A stretch of 64,000 nt of DNA from NCBI RefSeq assembly GCF_963506605.1, contig NC_083276.1:84630001-84694000 (forward strand). The letters are read 5' to 3'. The notes below the pieces were generated by a model. The model searched no databases. It saw only the letters and a program-made list of their open reading frames with translations, and was not told where the DNA came from. Shown here piece after piece: positions 52,256 to 62,853 of the stretch. Position 1 is the first letter of the stretch. Every line of letters begins with the position of its first letter. The position numbers and the translations under genes were made by a program. The stretch is from Zootoca vivipara (Eukaryota).

Positions 52256-55243
52256 TTATACCCCGCCCTCCCCAGTCAAAAACCGGGCTCAGGGCGGCTC
52301 ACACCAACAAAACCACAATAAAACATAAAAACAATTAATTAAAATACAGATTAAAATACAGTATTAAAATTTAAAATGCAGCCTCATTTCAAGTAGTCCA
52401 TAAATCCAGGCCATGAGGGAGGAAAACACAGGAGTCAGGCTAAGTCCAACCCAAAGGCCAGGCGGAACAGCTCTGTCTTGCAGGCCCTGCGGAAAGATGA
52501 CAAATCCTGCAGGGCCCTGGTCTCCTGGGAAAGAGCGTTCCACCAAGTTGGGGCCAATACTGAAAAGGCCCTGGCTCTAGTAGAGGCCAATCTAGCCATC
52601 TTATGGCTGGGGATCTCCAAAGTATTGTTGTTTGTGGACCTTAAGGTCCTCCGCGGGGCATACCAGGAGAGGCGGTCCCGTAGGTACAAGGGTCCCAAGC
52701 CGCATAGGGCTTTAAAGGTCAAAACCAGCACCTTAAACCTGATCCTGTACTCCACCGGGAGCCAGTGCAGCTGGTAAAGCACTGGATGAATGTGATCCCA
52801 CGGCCGGGACCCCGTAAGGAGCCTCGCCGCGGCATTCTGCACCTGCTGGAGTTTCTGGGTCAGTTTTAAGGGCAGCCCCGCGTAGAGCGAGTTACAATAA
52901 TCAAGCCTGGAGGTGACCGTCGCATGGATCACTGTGGCCAGATCAGGGCGAGAGAGGTAAGGGACCAACTGCTTAATACGGCGGAGATGGAAAAATGCCA
53001 CCTTTGCTGTGGATGCAACCTGCGCCTCCTTGGAAAGGGAGGCGTCGAAGGTTACACCCAAACTCTTGACAGAAGGCGCTGGCACTAATTGAGTCATCTT
53101 ATCATCTGTGACGAAGAAGATTTTTCCTGGACTGTCTGTCACTTACCTCTTCCCAGTAGCCCATCCTTACCCCAGCGGTCATAGATGTCACGTTTGTTCT
53201 CTGAAAAGGAGAAAGAATAAGAAGTCAACCAACCCGCCATCCAATCTCAGAGACAGTGGTTTCTAACAGCAATCTGGCATGCCATGCTGGATCTTGAATA
53301 ACAGGCGCATCACCTGGAAGCAGAAACCACTGTAGGCGCATATAGGCTGTCAGCATTTCACAGGAGGGATTCAAGCACATACAAGAACTTTAGGTTTGTG
53401 TGATTAAAAAAGATGAAAGGGCTCCATCACTCTACCAGCACAACAAATCCACTTGAGAAAAACCCGGACTTTTTGCAGTTAGGAGAGAGATGGGGAATTG
53501 CATTGAAAAGTATGAGATGAACGAAGGAGGAATGGACAGGTGTATCAAATGATGCATGGGCAGAATTGCCATATAACTGTCCCATAAACAAATTGGAACA
53601 AATGCTCAATAAAGACCAGACATAGTCTAACCACAGTGTAAGCTTTGTGCAAGCAAATCTGGATGGATGCTCAATAAATAGTCCATTTGGAGGAGCCCTG
53701 CTTCTGCCAGTGTTCTTCCAACGATAGCATGTAGTTTGAAACTTGAAAATGCATCTTTGCCACAAAATGACCAGGACAGATTAACCATTGTTAAAATCGT
53801 GTTTATGGAAGACAATCTTACTCGGCTACGAGTGATTACCAAAGAAGAAAGAAAGAAGAAAGAATACTTACTGTCTGAAAGTACTTGATAGGCTTCTGAA
53901 ATCTCCTTGAATCTCTGTTCTGCAAATTGCTTGTTTTCTGTGTTTTTATCTGGGTGCCACTTTAGAGCTTTCTTCCTGTATCTTTATGGTTCCCCAGAAA
54001 ACACAATGGATGATAAAAGTCAGTATCCCTGTGACCATTTCTACTACTACAGATTTGTGTATGGTTAGCCGTATTTTTCCTGACACCAGGGCAAGGAAGG
54101 GAGCAGACTCCTCCTGTCCCTAGTCTCCATTTCTTCCAGAAGCAAAAAAGACTTCAGCTTTCCCTCAGCAAGCTTCTCATTACTTCATGGCATGCACTAT
54201 GGCCATCCAAACCATACCGGTCTATCTCAGCTTATGTGAGGGCGTGTTCTATGAAACTCCTGTATAGATGGCACCACACACCAGGGCGAATTGCCCACAT
54301 GAAATTACAATCTTCTCAGAATTGTTGTGGGAAAAGAGACACCTTTTCGCACCTATGCTAAGACTTCCTACAGGTACTGTAGGTAGGTCATCAAGAAATG
54401 ACCAAAAAAGTCAGCTATCCCATTCCAACGTCACAACAGATTCTGTGGGACTATCAGCTGAAAGAGTTCAACTCTCAGGAACTTTTGACACGGATCTTGG
54501 TGGCTGCCAGAACTTAAAGGTGGCATTTTTTCATCTCCGCCAAGCTAAGCAGTTGGCTCCTTACCTCTCTCACCCTGACCTAGCCACTGTAATACACGCG
54601 ATAGTCACCTCCAGGTTTGATTATTGTAACTCACTCTACGTGGGGCTGCCCTTGAGACTGACCCAGAAACTCCAGCGGGTGCAGAATGCCGGGGTAAGAC
54701 TCCTTACGGGGTCCTCGCCGCGGGATCACATTCACCCTGTGCTATACCAGCTGCACTGGCTCCCGGTGGAGTACAGGATCAGGTATAAGGTGCTGGTTTT
54801 AACCTTTAAAGCCCTATACGACCAAGGACGCTCATACCTATAGGACCACCTCTCCTGGTATGTCCCACGGAGGGCCTTATGGTCTTCAAATAAAAACATC
54901 TTGGAGATCCCGGGCCACAGGGAGGTTAGGCTGGCCTCGACCAGAGCCAGGGCTTTTTCGGCCATGGTCCCGAGACTAGGGCCCTGCGGGACTTGACATC
55001 TTTCCGCAGGGCCTCCAAGACCGAGCTGTTCCGCCAGGCCTTTGGCCAAGGCAAAGTCTGACCCACTCTCTCCTTCTGTAATCCTCACAGAACTCTAACC
55101 CAATGGTTCCTATTAATTTGATTCTGAATTGATTTTAGAATGGATTTTAATTGACTGTGTGATTTTATGTACACTGTGCTATTTTTACTTGTTGTTAGCC
55201 ACTCTGAGCCCGGCTTTGGCTGGGAAGGGCGGGATACAAAAAA

Positions 55244-55274
<31 letters not shown>

Positions 55275-57202
55275 TGCCTCCCAAATGGAAAACCTTAAGG
55301 GTCTTGTATTAGCTGGAAAAAACCCCTCATAAATTACATGTTGGCAAATGCTTGGAGGATCCTGAAAATTTATATGCTGTTTGGTGGAGTTTTATTATAT
55401 ATACAACAAATACAGACACACTAAAAATAAAATAAAATAAAACCTGCTGTCAGGGAGTTGTTGCGGCTACTCCCGAGTAAAGTCCGTTTTGTCTGTGCAT
55501 ACTATTTACAGTGCAGAGATAGCAGAAAACATGACCTCCTAGTCACTCTCAGAACCCAGGAATGGCGCCCGTCGGCTTCAGGGTGACCATAATAATCTGG
55601 GCACCCCGAAACACCACCCCTTCACCCTGTGTTTGGGCATGTGCCTCAATTTGGGGGCCAGAAGGAGCGGTGCCCCTTCTTCCCCTGGCCAGTTGGGGCA
55701 GTGCCTGGCCTCCTACATCTCCCTGAGCCGTCCCTCCTCCACTTGTTGGTCAGAGTGGTGTAGGGGCTCTGATGCCTCGCTGAGCCTTCCCACCTCCATT
55801 CCACTTCCCCCTGACCCGCTGCTAGCGCTGTCACTGGGCGAAGTGCTGGTCAGGATGATGGGGGGAGGCTCCCTGTAGGGAGTCTCCCTGACACCTGCCC
55901 TCAGCAAGCCTCTCCCATAAGAGGAGTCAGGGAACCAGCCCAAAAATCAGACAGTGAGGCAACCCGGGCTGGCTCTAGGGGTAGGCTGGGTGGCGCGGTG
56001 CGCCAGGGCACTGGGCCAGCAGGGTGGGCGACGTGTGGCAAAGCTGCGTGGAAGCCGTGCTGTGCGCTCCCACCAGGGCGGGGGCACCGGAGCGATCTCC
56101 GCACCACGGCGCCAGGGCGCCCGACATGCTTGAGACGGCCCTGGAGGCAACCTAATAATATAGCGGTCTAGCAGTAGATTCTGTAGTACAAGGGTAGCAA
56201 AATGTGACTATTCTGTGGTATTATTCTTTCTTGTGGTAATATACAGTATTAAGAAGCGTGGCTTCCAAATGCATCATAGCTGCCAAGTTTTCCCTTTTCT
56301 CGCGAGGAAGCCTATTCAGCATAATGGAAAATCCCTTTAAAAAAGGGATAACTTGGCAGCTATGATGTTTGGGCTAAGGAATTCAGCAGAGTGAAGCAGC
56401 TGCTTCATGTAGAAAATGCTGGCTGGGGTGGGATGAAGAGTGGTGGCAAGGTTTTGGAGGACTGAGGTGCGCCAGGAACTGAATCCTTGCATAAGGTTTT
56501 AGCCCTGACATTGGAATAGGTTCTGAGACTAAACCCTAGTGAGCCTTGTATCAAATTTTCATGGTGAGAGATAGAACCAGGGTACTAGTGCTATCGCCTA
56601 ATTAAAGGAACTCTCAGCAGATTCAGGTGAGGTATGTGAACATTGCAGTAGGCATCCTTTTTAAGAAAATCCCAGAACAATGGGATTTGCTCAGTAAAGG
56701 ATTTGCAATACAGAAAGGGGAATCTTTCTTTTGTTGAGGTTGAAATTTAGTGTGGTGCTGTTGTTTTAAGTTGTGTTTTTTTAAAAAAATATATTCTTTT
56801 TTTGAAAAAACTGCTGCTTGATTTAGCAGGGCATGCTTTTCATCGATCATTTTTGTTGTTGCTGCTGTTGATCTGATCTAGCTGATTAATCAGTTACAGT
56901 AAATGTTGCAGCCTCCCCTAGACTGTGCCTAAACAGATGCCTGATCTCTAGAATAAAAAAATAACCGGCACCTATCGTGCTAGAGCCCAACTATCTCTTC
57001 CTTCCTTGACACCAAAAGTATAGCAAGAGGTGAAAGGTCCCTCCAGACCCCATATTGGCCGAGAGGCTGGGAGGGCAACGTCTCTCTTAAGAGCATGGAA
57101 GATGGTAATGGGGTGGACATGGGGAAGAGGCACTTACGCTTTCTTAATGTCATCCAAGGAAGCATTCTGGGGGAGACCCAGAGCTTCATAGTACTCGACC
57201 AT
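45796..57202 (-). CDS. DNAJB2-like paralog (copy 4), 7 coding exons, 256 aa, acidic tail without UIM or CaaX
   Basis: Exons 57202-57138 (65), 53981-53872 (110), 53200-53147 (54), 51441-51331 (111), 50370-50268 (103), 46931-46861 (71) and 46052-45796 (257) total 771 nt in frame. Motifs: [55 protein letters not shown] at 45355-45350. Confidence 0.87.
46081..46651. mobile_element. hAT-type non-autonomous element
   Basis: cagagcttttcaacc and ggttgaaaaccactg ends; TSD ggttagac/ggttagat. Confidence 0.7.
46861..46931 (-). CDS. copy 4, CTD exon
   Basis: [24 protein letters not shown], 71 nt. Confidence 0.92.
47853..48211 (-). mobile_element. Full-length Sauria SINE
   Basis: Matches the other copies; abuts the (tta)n tail of an L2-like 3' end at ~47700-47852. 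Confidence 0.88.
48660..49914. mobile_element. hAT-type element containing a purine-rich microsatellite and the assembly gap
   Basis: caggggtgtcaaac and gtttgacacccgtg ends; 8-bp TSD ttgtagag. Confidence 0.75.
49113..49298. other. Assembly gap (N run)
   Basis: 186 N bases. Confidence 1.
50268..50370 (-). CDS. copy 4, S/T-CTD exon
   Basis: [34 protein letters not shown], 103 nt, gtgagg donor. Confidence 0.87.
50909..51143 (+). mobile_element. Bov-B/RTE LINE 3' fragment
   Basis: [21 protein letters not shown]...RWLD C-terminus and (caa)n tail. Confidence 0.9.
51331..51441 (-). CDS. copy 4, G/F exon
   Basis: [37 protein letters not shown], 111 nt. Confidence 0.9.
51602..51737. mobile_element. 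136-bp hAT-type MITE
   Basis: TSD ttataggg. Confidence 0.85.
51957..53100 (-). mobile_element. 5'-truncated L2-clade LINE with duplicated 3' end
   Basis: ORF 52435..53142 ([13 protein letters not shown]...QNAAARLL...LHWLPV) is the L2 ORF2 C-terminus; (tta)n tail. Confidence 0.88.
53147..53200 (-). CDS. copy 4, coding exon 3
   Basis: [18 protein letters not shown], 54 nt, GT-AG. Confidence 0.9.
53872..53981 (-). CDS. copy 4, HPD exon
   Basis: [36 protein letters not shown], 110 nt; weak acceptor ggggaaccataaag. Confidence 0.9.
54516..55272 (+). mobile_element. 5'-truncated L2-clade LINE
   Basis: Same L2 motifs in ORF 54268..54843 with a premature stop; (tta)n tail. Confidence 0.88.
55448..55893. 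mobile_element. Solo LTR
   Basis: tgtcagggag...ctccctgaca ends (TG..CA) with 5-bp TSD cctgc. Confidence 0.75.
56276..56363. mobile_element. Tiny MITE
   Basis: TIR catagctgccaagtt and aacttggcagctatg. Confidence 0.6.
57138..57202 (-). CDS. copy 4, first coding exon
   Basis: [22 protein letters not shown], gtaagt donor. Confidence 0.9.
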
Positions 57203-57690
57203 GGTGAATTGATGTTTCCAGCAGAACCAATGAGCAGGTTGTAAACACAGAAAAAGCAGCCAGGTGTTGTCTCTGGGTGTCAACCAATGTCTGTGGGTTC
57301 TCAACTGAGGTTAGAGGTGGTCATGGCCGTCCACCAGGCTGGGTAACCCGATGCGGAGTAGCAAAAGGCAGTGGTGTGGACAGTTGACCCTACAGCACAT
57401 GGAAGAGAACTTATACCAGCGGGGTGTACATTAGCATCTCCCAAATCACAAAGAAAAGGCAGTTGTGGAAGAAGGAGAGCTACATACTTTTATACATTTT
57501 TGTCATTTTCCTAGACTCATATAACGCCAAACTGCCTTTATATAAGCTGAAGATAGTAGCAAAACTACAAGCATTAGGGTTCTTAGCTGTTCAACTCTAG
57601 TTTGTCTCTCCCCCCCCCCTTAGTTTGTGCTATCTTGGTATCCTTACCTCCATAGACTTAAATGTGTCGTAAAATGCCAGTAGCTATGCA

Positions 57691-57875
57691 GGGAAGGGCC
57701 ACAGCTCAGTGGTAGAGCCTGTGCTTTTCACGTGGAAAGTTCAATCCCAGGCATCTCCAAGTAGGCCTGAGAATGTCCGCTCTCTGGAACCCTGCCGTGT
57801 TGCTGCCAGTCAGTGTATGCAACAGGGAGCTAGATGGACTATTGGTCTGACTCAGTATAAGGCAGTTTTCTATGA
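57691..57875 (+). mobile_element. Degenerate tRNA-derived SINE
   Basis: agctcagtggtagagc A-box and gttcaatccc B-box; ctgactcagtataaggcag 3' motif. Confidence 0.65.
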
Positions 57876-58429
57876 TCCCAGAGGTTTTGCTCCTGTGTGA
57901 AAGCTGGTTGATCTATTCCCGTTAGTGTAACTATCACCCATTTCAGAAAATTTCATTGCCATGAACTATAAGCGGCTGATCTACTGTGAAAAGTTTAATC
58001 TGGAGCAGGGAGGGGGGAACCTGGAGCCCTTTAGATGCTGAACTCCAGGGCGCTCAGCTGTCGCCAGCATGGTCAAACAGGGATGGTGGGAGTTGGAGTC
58101 ATACAATATCTGAAGTGCCACACAGGTTCTCCACCCCAGTTCTAGAATTTAGAGATGTATGTGTGGTTCTAACTGGTACAACTCACTTTGAAAGCTGAAG
58201 CAGAAAAAAACTGCCAGGCTGGACCAGAACCTCATAGCCCCATGTGATTTGTCTTTGCCAAGGAATAGTATCAAGGGCCCCAGAAGAATGGAAAGACCTC
58301 CGCTCTTGGCAAGTGTAAAAGAACATTCTTTGTTTAAGGACAGCGTCACCGCTCTACTACGTTTCCTTTTTCTCACAGTGACCTACCCGCTGTAAACCGC
58401 CACCCCATTCGCAACCTGACCAGGCCTAC

Positions 58430-58634
58430 CTTATTGTGAAAGAATGAACTGTCCTGGCTGCATGGTGGGCACAGTTCTAAGGTCTTGCAGGTGTCCGTTC
58501 ACACCTGCACAGGCCCAGTTGCTGCCAGATGGGAAGGGACAGGGAAAGGAACTCTGCAGCAACCTAGCATCCAATTCCGTTGCTGATTAGCAGCAGCAGC
58601 AGCCAATGGGATGCTCCAGCCGATTATGATGTCA
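58430..58634 (-). promoter_or_regulatory. copy 4 promoter module and probable 5'UTR exon
   Basis: CCAAT at 58603, TGATGTCA at 58627 (24-nt offset); candidate donor AAG|gtaggc with exon end at 58430. Confidence 0.6.
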
Positions 58635-60826
58635 TCTCTTTGTATTTTTCACTTTGGGAGATTATAAATTTAACCACACATGGGATGGAGGAGGAAGAAA
58701 GAGAAGGATGCCCTTTGGCCCGTGCTGCTGATCTTGCATAATTATGATATCCATAATTATGAACTATTATATCCATAATTCTTATTCCCACCCACCCACT
58801 CATGCTTGAAAGGCACTGGCAGGCAACAGAAGTACTTCCAAGATGATGCTAGTCATGAGGACCGAAGCACAGCTTCCTAGAGTGGGTGCTTCTGTATAAC
58901 AGCAAGAGAAGATGGTGCTACTCCCATGCCAATTTCTCTAGGAAACATCTGCACAATCCACCTGCTACGTGTCATCATGAATTCCAACACTGCCACCCCA
59001 TTGTCACCCTCCATTAGGGTTCTTGGGTTCCAATTTCAAGTTTCAGAGCATTAGATGTCTTCTGGGGCATCCAGAAACAGAACCTCCCCTTTGATAAAAG
59101 CTGCAGGGGAGATGGTGGTTCAGATCAGAGTAGTGACTATGATGGGAGAGTGGAGCGTAATCTTCCCTGCCTGCAATCTTTTTCAATGAAAGTAGTGACA
59201 CAGGCAGATGCACACCCAGCTGCTATTTGCTCCAGTCAGGAGTATGAAACATACAGGTGCTATACCAGGTGGCAGGGGTGTGGTGAGGGAAATTTTCTTT
59301 AGAAAACCTGCATGGGGAGAAAATGTATAGTAAGGAGTTAGTGAGGGAGCAGGGATCCCCCATATTCCTGGGTGCCAGATGATTCCCCCCTCTAGGTTAT
59401 TGGGTGCTGGGGTTTAACCAGAGCTGACACACTGAGTTTGGGGTTTTTTTGACAGACAGAGGGGCAGAAGGAGATGGTGGTCCTGCCTTAAGCCATCTAC
59501 AAAAGACACAGGTAACTGAGGGGGAGGTTGCCAGGGCAACATGAGCATGGTGTCACACAGGAAAATTGTCACCTTTTAAAACTAGGCTTGGAAAAGCAGG
59601 GAGAAGGGGAGGAGTTGGTTGGCAAGGGGAAGGAGAAGCAGGAAATAGGTAAAATTCCATGCAGAGGCTGAAGGAGAACCATTCTGGCAGGCTAGGACAG
59701 AGGCATGGGAACGGTTTGCAGGATTCCTTAGGCTCCAATGCTGCACTGCTGTAGGGAACAAACCCCTCGAGATGTGAATGCTCTAAACTCTGCACTCCCT
59801 CCATTGAACGCTTCCGGTGTAAATATGTGTAGAATAAACCATATTTGTTAAAGACAGAACAGACTCCTCCACACCTTGATTCCCTGGAATCTGGCTACCT
59901 ACTGCTCAGCAGAGATTGGGGGTGGCTATTGTAACAATATGTGTTTTCCCCCTTTTTAACTGCTCAACCAGCTGCTGTGAATTTGTTTAAACAGAGACAG
60001 GGAGAGAGATCCTACATCTTTCACATCACATATAGTTTGACTCTTTGGAATCTCCAAGACAAAGAGTAAAATCTCAGGCTGAGGCTCCAGCACACAAACA
60101 GGGGTGGGCTATTTCTGCTTTTTGAGAAATTTTTCTGTTACCACCTACCCACGCCCCATGTCTATCAGGTTCTGCACATCTACGCCCACGGCAGAGTCAA
60201 GCAGCCGTCTCAGAGGTGGGAAAGTGGACTGAACCACCTCAGAATGCAGGTGGGGGTGCCATTTTTTAATGGTTTGCCATGTTTATAAATGAACACCACA
60301 GTGCCCTGCATGTAGAAACTAAACTCTTTTATCAACGAGTATGGTTCTAATTCTGTCTGCTTCTTGTTGTCTTCATTTTCTTATTTCAGGAAGCTTTCCC
60401 CCACCCACCTTTAGTAGTACAGCTGCTCAGACCCCAGTATCTCAAAGACCACTCCTCCCCATATGAACTGACATGGACCCTGCAATTGTCATCCTTCTGT
60501 GGGAAATCCAGAGGGTGGCAACATGAGAATGGGCCTTCTCAGTGGTGACTCCCTGCTCCTTGAATGCTCTCCCCAATGATGCTCACCTGGTATCCTCTTT
60601 GTCTGGTGCTAGGCACCAGACAAAACCTTTCCTTTCTCCTGGGCTATTGGCCTTGTTTGAAGTATTTTATGTGATGTGGTCTCTTTGGTGGGGCAGGATC
60701 TGCTCTTGTCTCTTAGTTGTACAGCTCTGTTTTTTAGGTTTTCATTTAATGTGTTAATTGTAATTGGTTTTACGACTTCTGTTGTGCTTGTCAGCTACTT
60801 TGAGTCACTTCTATGAGTAAAGCAAT

Positions 60827-60828
<2 letters not shown>

Positions 60829-60871
<43 letters not shown>
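60829..60871. repeat. (AAT)n microsatellite
   Basis: Direct observation. Confidence 0.95.
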
Positions 60872-61771
60872 GATATGTAAATAAATGAATCCACCTCAGA
60901 ACTCTGTTGCTTCATTCCTTTCTCTGTCTGTGACATGCGTAGACCAGGCCATAGATTAATGTTAATTCCTTCTCATCTTATCAATACAACCAGTGCAATT
61001 CTATGCACATTTATACAGAGGTTTGTGTTCAACTTTTAAGTGTACATAGGATTGCAGCATAAGCCTGTTTGAGAGATGCATTTTAGCAGCAAGAATGCCC
61101 ATTAAGGCATTTACTTCCAATCTGAGGTGCAATGACTATCCTTGGGGCCCTCTTTTTGTTAACTTCCCACAGATACTGTTATGTAAGATGAAAAATTCCC
61201 CAGAAAAAGTGTGCCCCTCCTTGTCCTTGTCCTTGTCCCTGTCCCTCCCAATGAGAAGGCTCACTTCTTTGGGCAGATAGTTTTCTGATTTTCCTAAACT
61301 GTGTTTTACGTCTCAGTACAATTCCTTTGTCTAGTTCCCAGTTCATAGATGATTGCATCTCACATCGTCTCTGACCTTTGGCCGACCTGGCAAGGGCTGA
61401 TGGGAATTGAAGTCCAACAACATCTGGAGGTCTCCATGTTGGCTACCCAGACTCTAACACATTATTACTTCCCCTTTTCTTGATCTGCAGTGATCTTTCC
61501 CAAGTAGTCAATCAGCTCTGAGTCAGGAACTAGACAAAGGAACTGCACTAGACATAATCATCTGTCCAAAGAAGCCTCTAAAACCATCCCACTTTCATTC
61601 ACTATAGATATAGAATGATGCTGTATGAAGATTATAAAAGTAGTAAAGACAAGACATGGCCCCTCAGTCTTGATGACATGTCTCTGTTTATTTTTAAATA
61701 GTAGGTCAACCTATGAACGAACTGACTGCTTGTATAAATACGACAATATTTGGAACGAATTTATACACAAT

Positions 61772-62122
61772 GTAAAGGTAAAGGGACCCCTGACCATTAG
61801 GTCCAGTCGTGACCGACTCTGGGGTTGCGCGCTCATCTCGCATTATTGGCCGAGGGAGCCGGCGTATAGCTTCCAGGTCATGTGGCCAGCATGACAAAGC
61901 CGCTTCTGGCAAACCAGAGCAGCACATGGAAACGCCGTTTACCTCCCCGCTGTAGCGGTTCCTATTTATCTACTTGCATTTTGACGTGCTTTCGAACTGC
62001 TAGGTTGGCAGGAGCTGGGACTAAGCAACGGGAGCTCACCCTGTCGCGGGGATTCGAACCGCCGACCTTCTGATCAGCAAGCCCTAGGCTCAGTGGTTTA
62101 ACCACAGTGCCACCTGGGTCCC
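61772..62122 (-). mobile_element. Full-length Sauria SINE
   Basis: Matches the other copies. Confidence 0.88.
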
Positions 62123-62853
62123 TAGTGGACCATTAATATTCATATTAGGATAATAATATCAAATTTGTAAAAGAATGTATGGGTTAGGGTATTTTTGTAT
62201 ATATTCATATAATGTTTTTCCCCCTTAAAAAAAAGTAGTTCAGAGAAAATCCCAACCACTGTGTGATATACCCGACACTTAATATAGGATACATAGTTGT
62301 GTTCATGGTACAGAACTTAGTACAGAACCCCTGCTGTTCCAATGTCGGAAACAATGAGGTGTGCAGGGCATCCAGAGGTTACACCCATGGTTTTCATCCC
62401 ACGATAGAACCACAGATCATTACATTAATCCACCCCCTCCATCCACCCCCACTTATCTATATTCCAAACCTTTGCTTTCAGTCTTCAAGAGTAAACAGAA
62501 AATGCTTTTAATTTTGAAACAGAAATGGCCTCTAATGCCAGCAAGCTATGCCAGTGAAGTGTCCAATGAACTGCAGATGTGGTCCATTTACAAACGTTTT
62601 TTCCAAATTGCAACACTTGGGATTTGCTGGCACAGAATCTGGAACATAGCACCACCTGTTAGCACAATGATCATTCCCTACCTTCTTTACTCTTTCAAGT
62701 AGTTTCCAGGACTTTGCAGGCTAGTCTCAAGCAGCTTCTATGTCCTTGGCTTTTAAATGAAATTACAGCGGAGCACAACCTGGAAAATTTTTCACTTCCA
62801 CCCTTTATTATGCATCTCTCCAGCTTCCGGGGATTTATAAGGTTCTCCTTGGT

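Noticed and set aside
57691-57760. tRNA gene
   Set aside because: A/B boxes belong to a degenerate SINE head; no cloverleaf
59255-59937. Possible solo LTR (similar candidates near 13710-14358 and 31795-32436)
   Set aside because: LTR-like composition, but I could not define matching termini and TSDs
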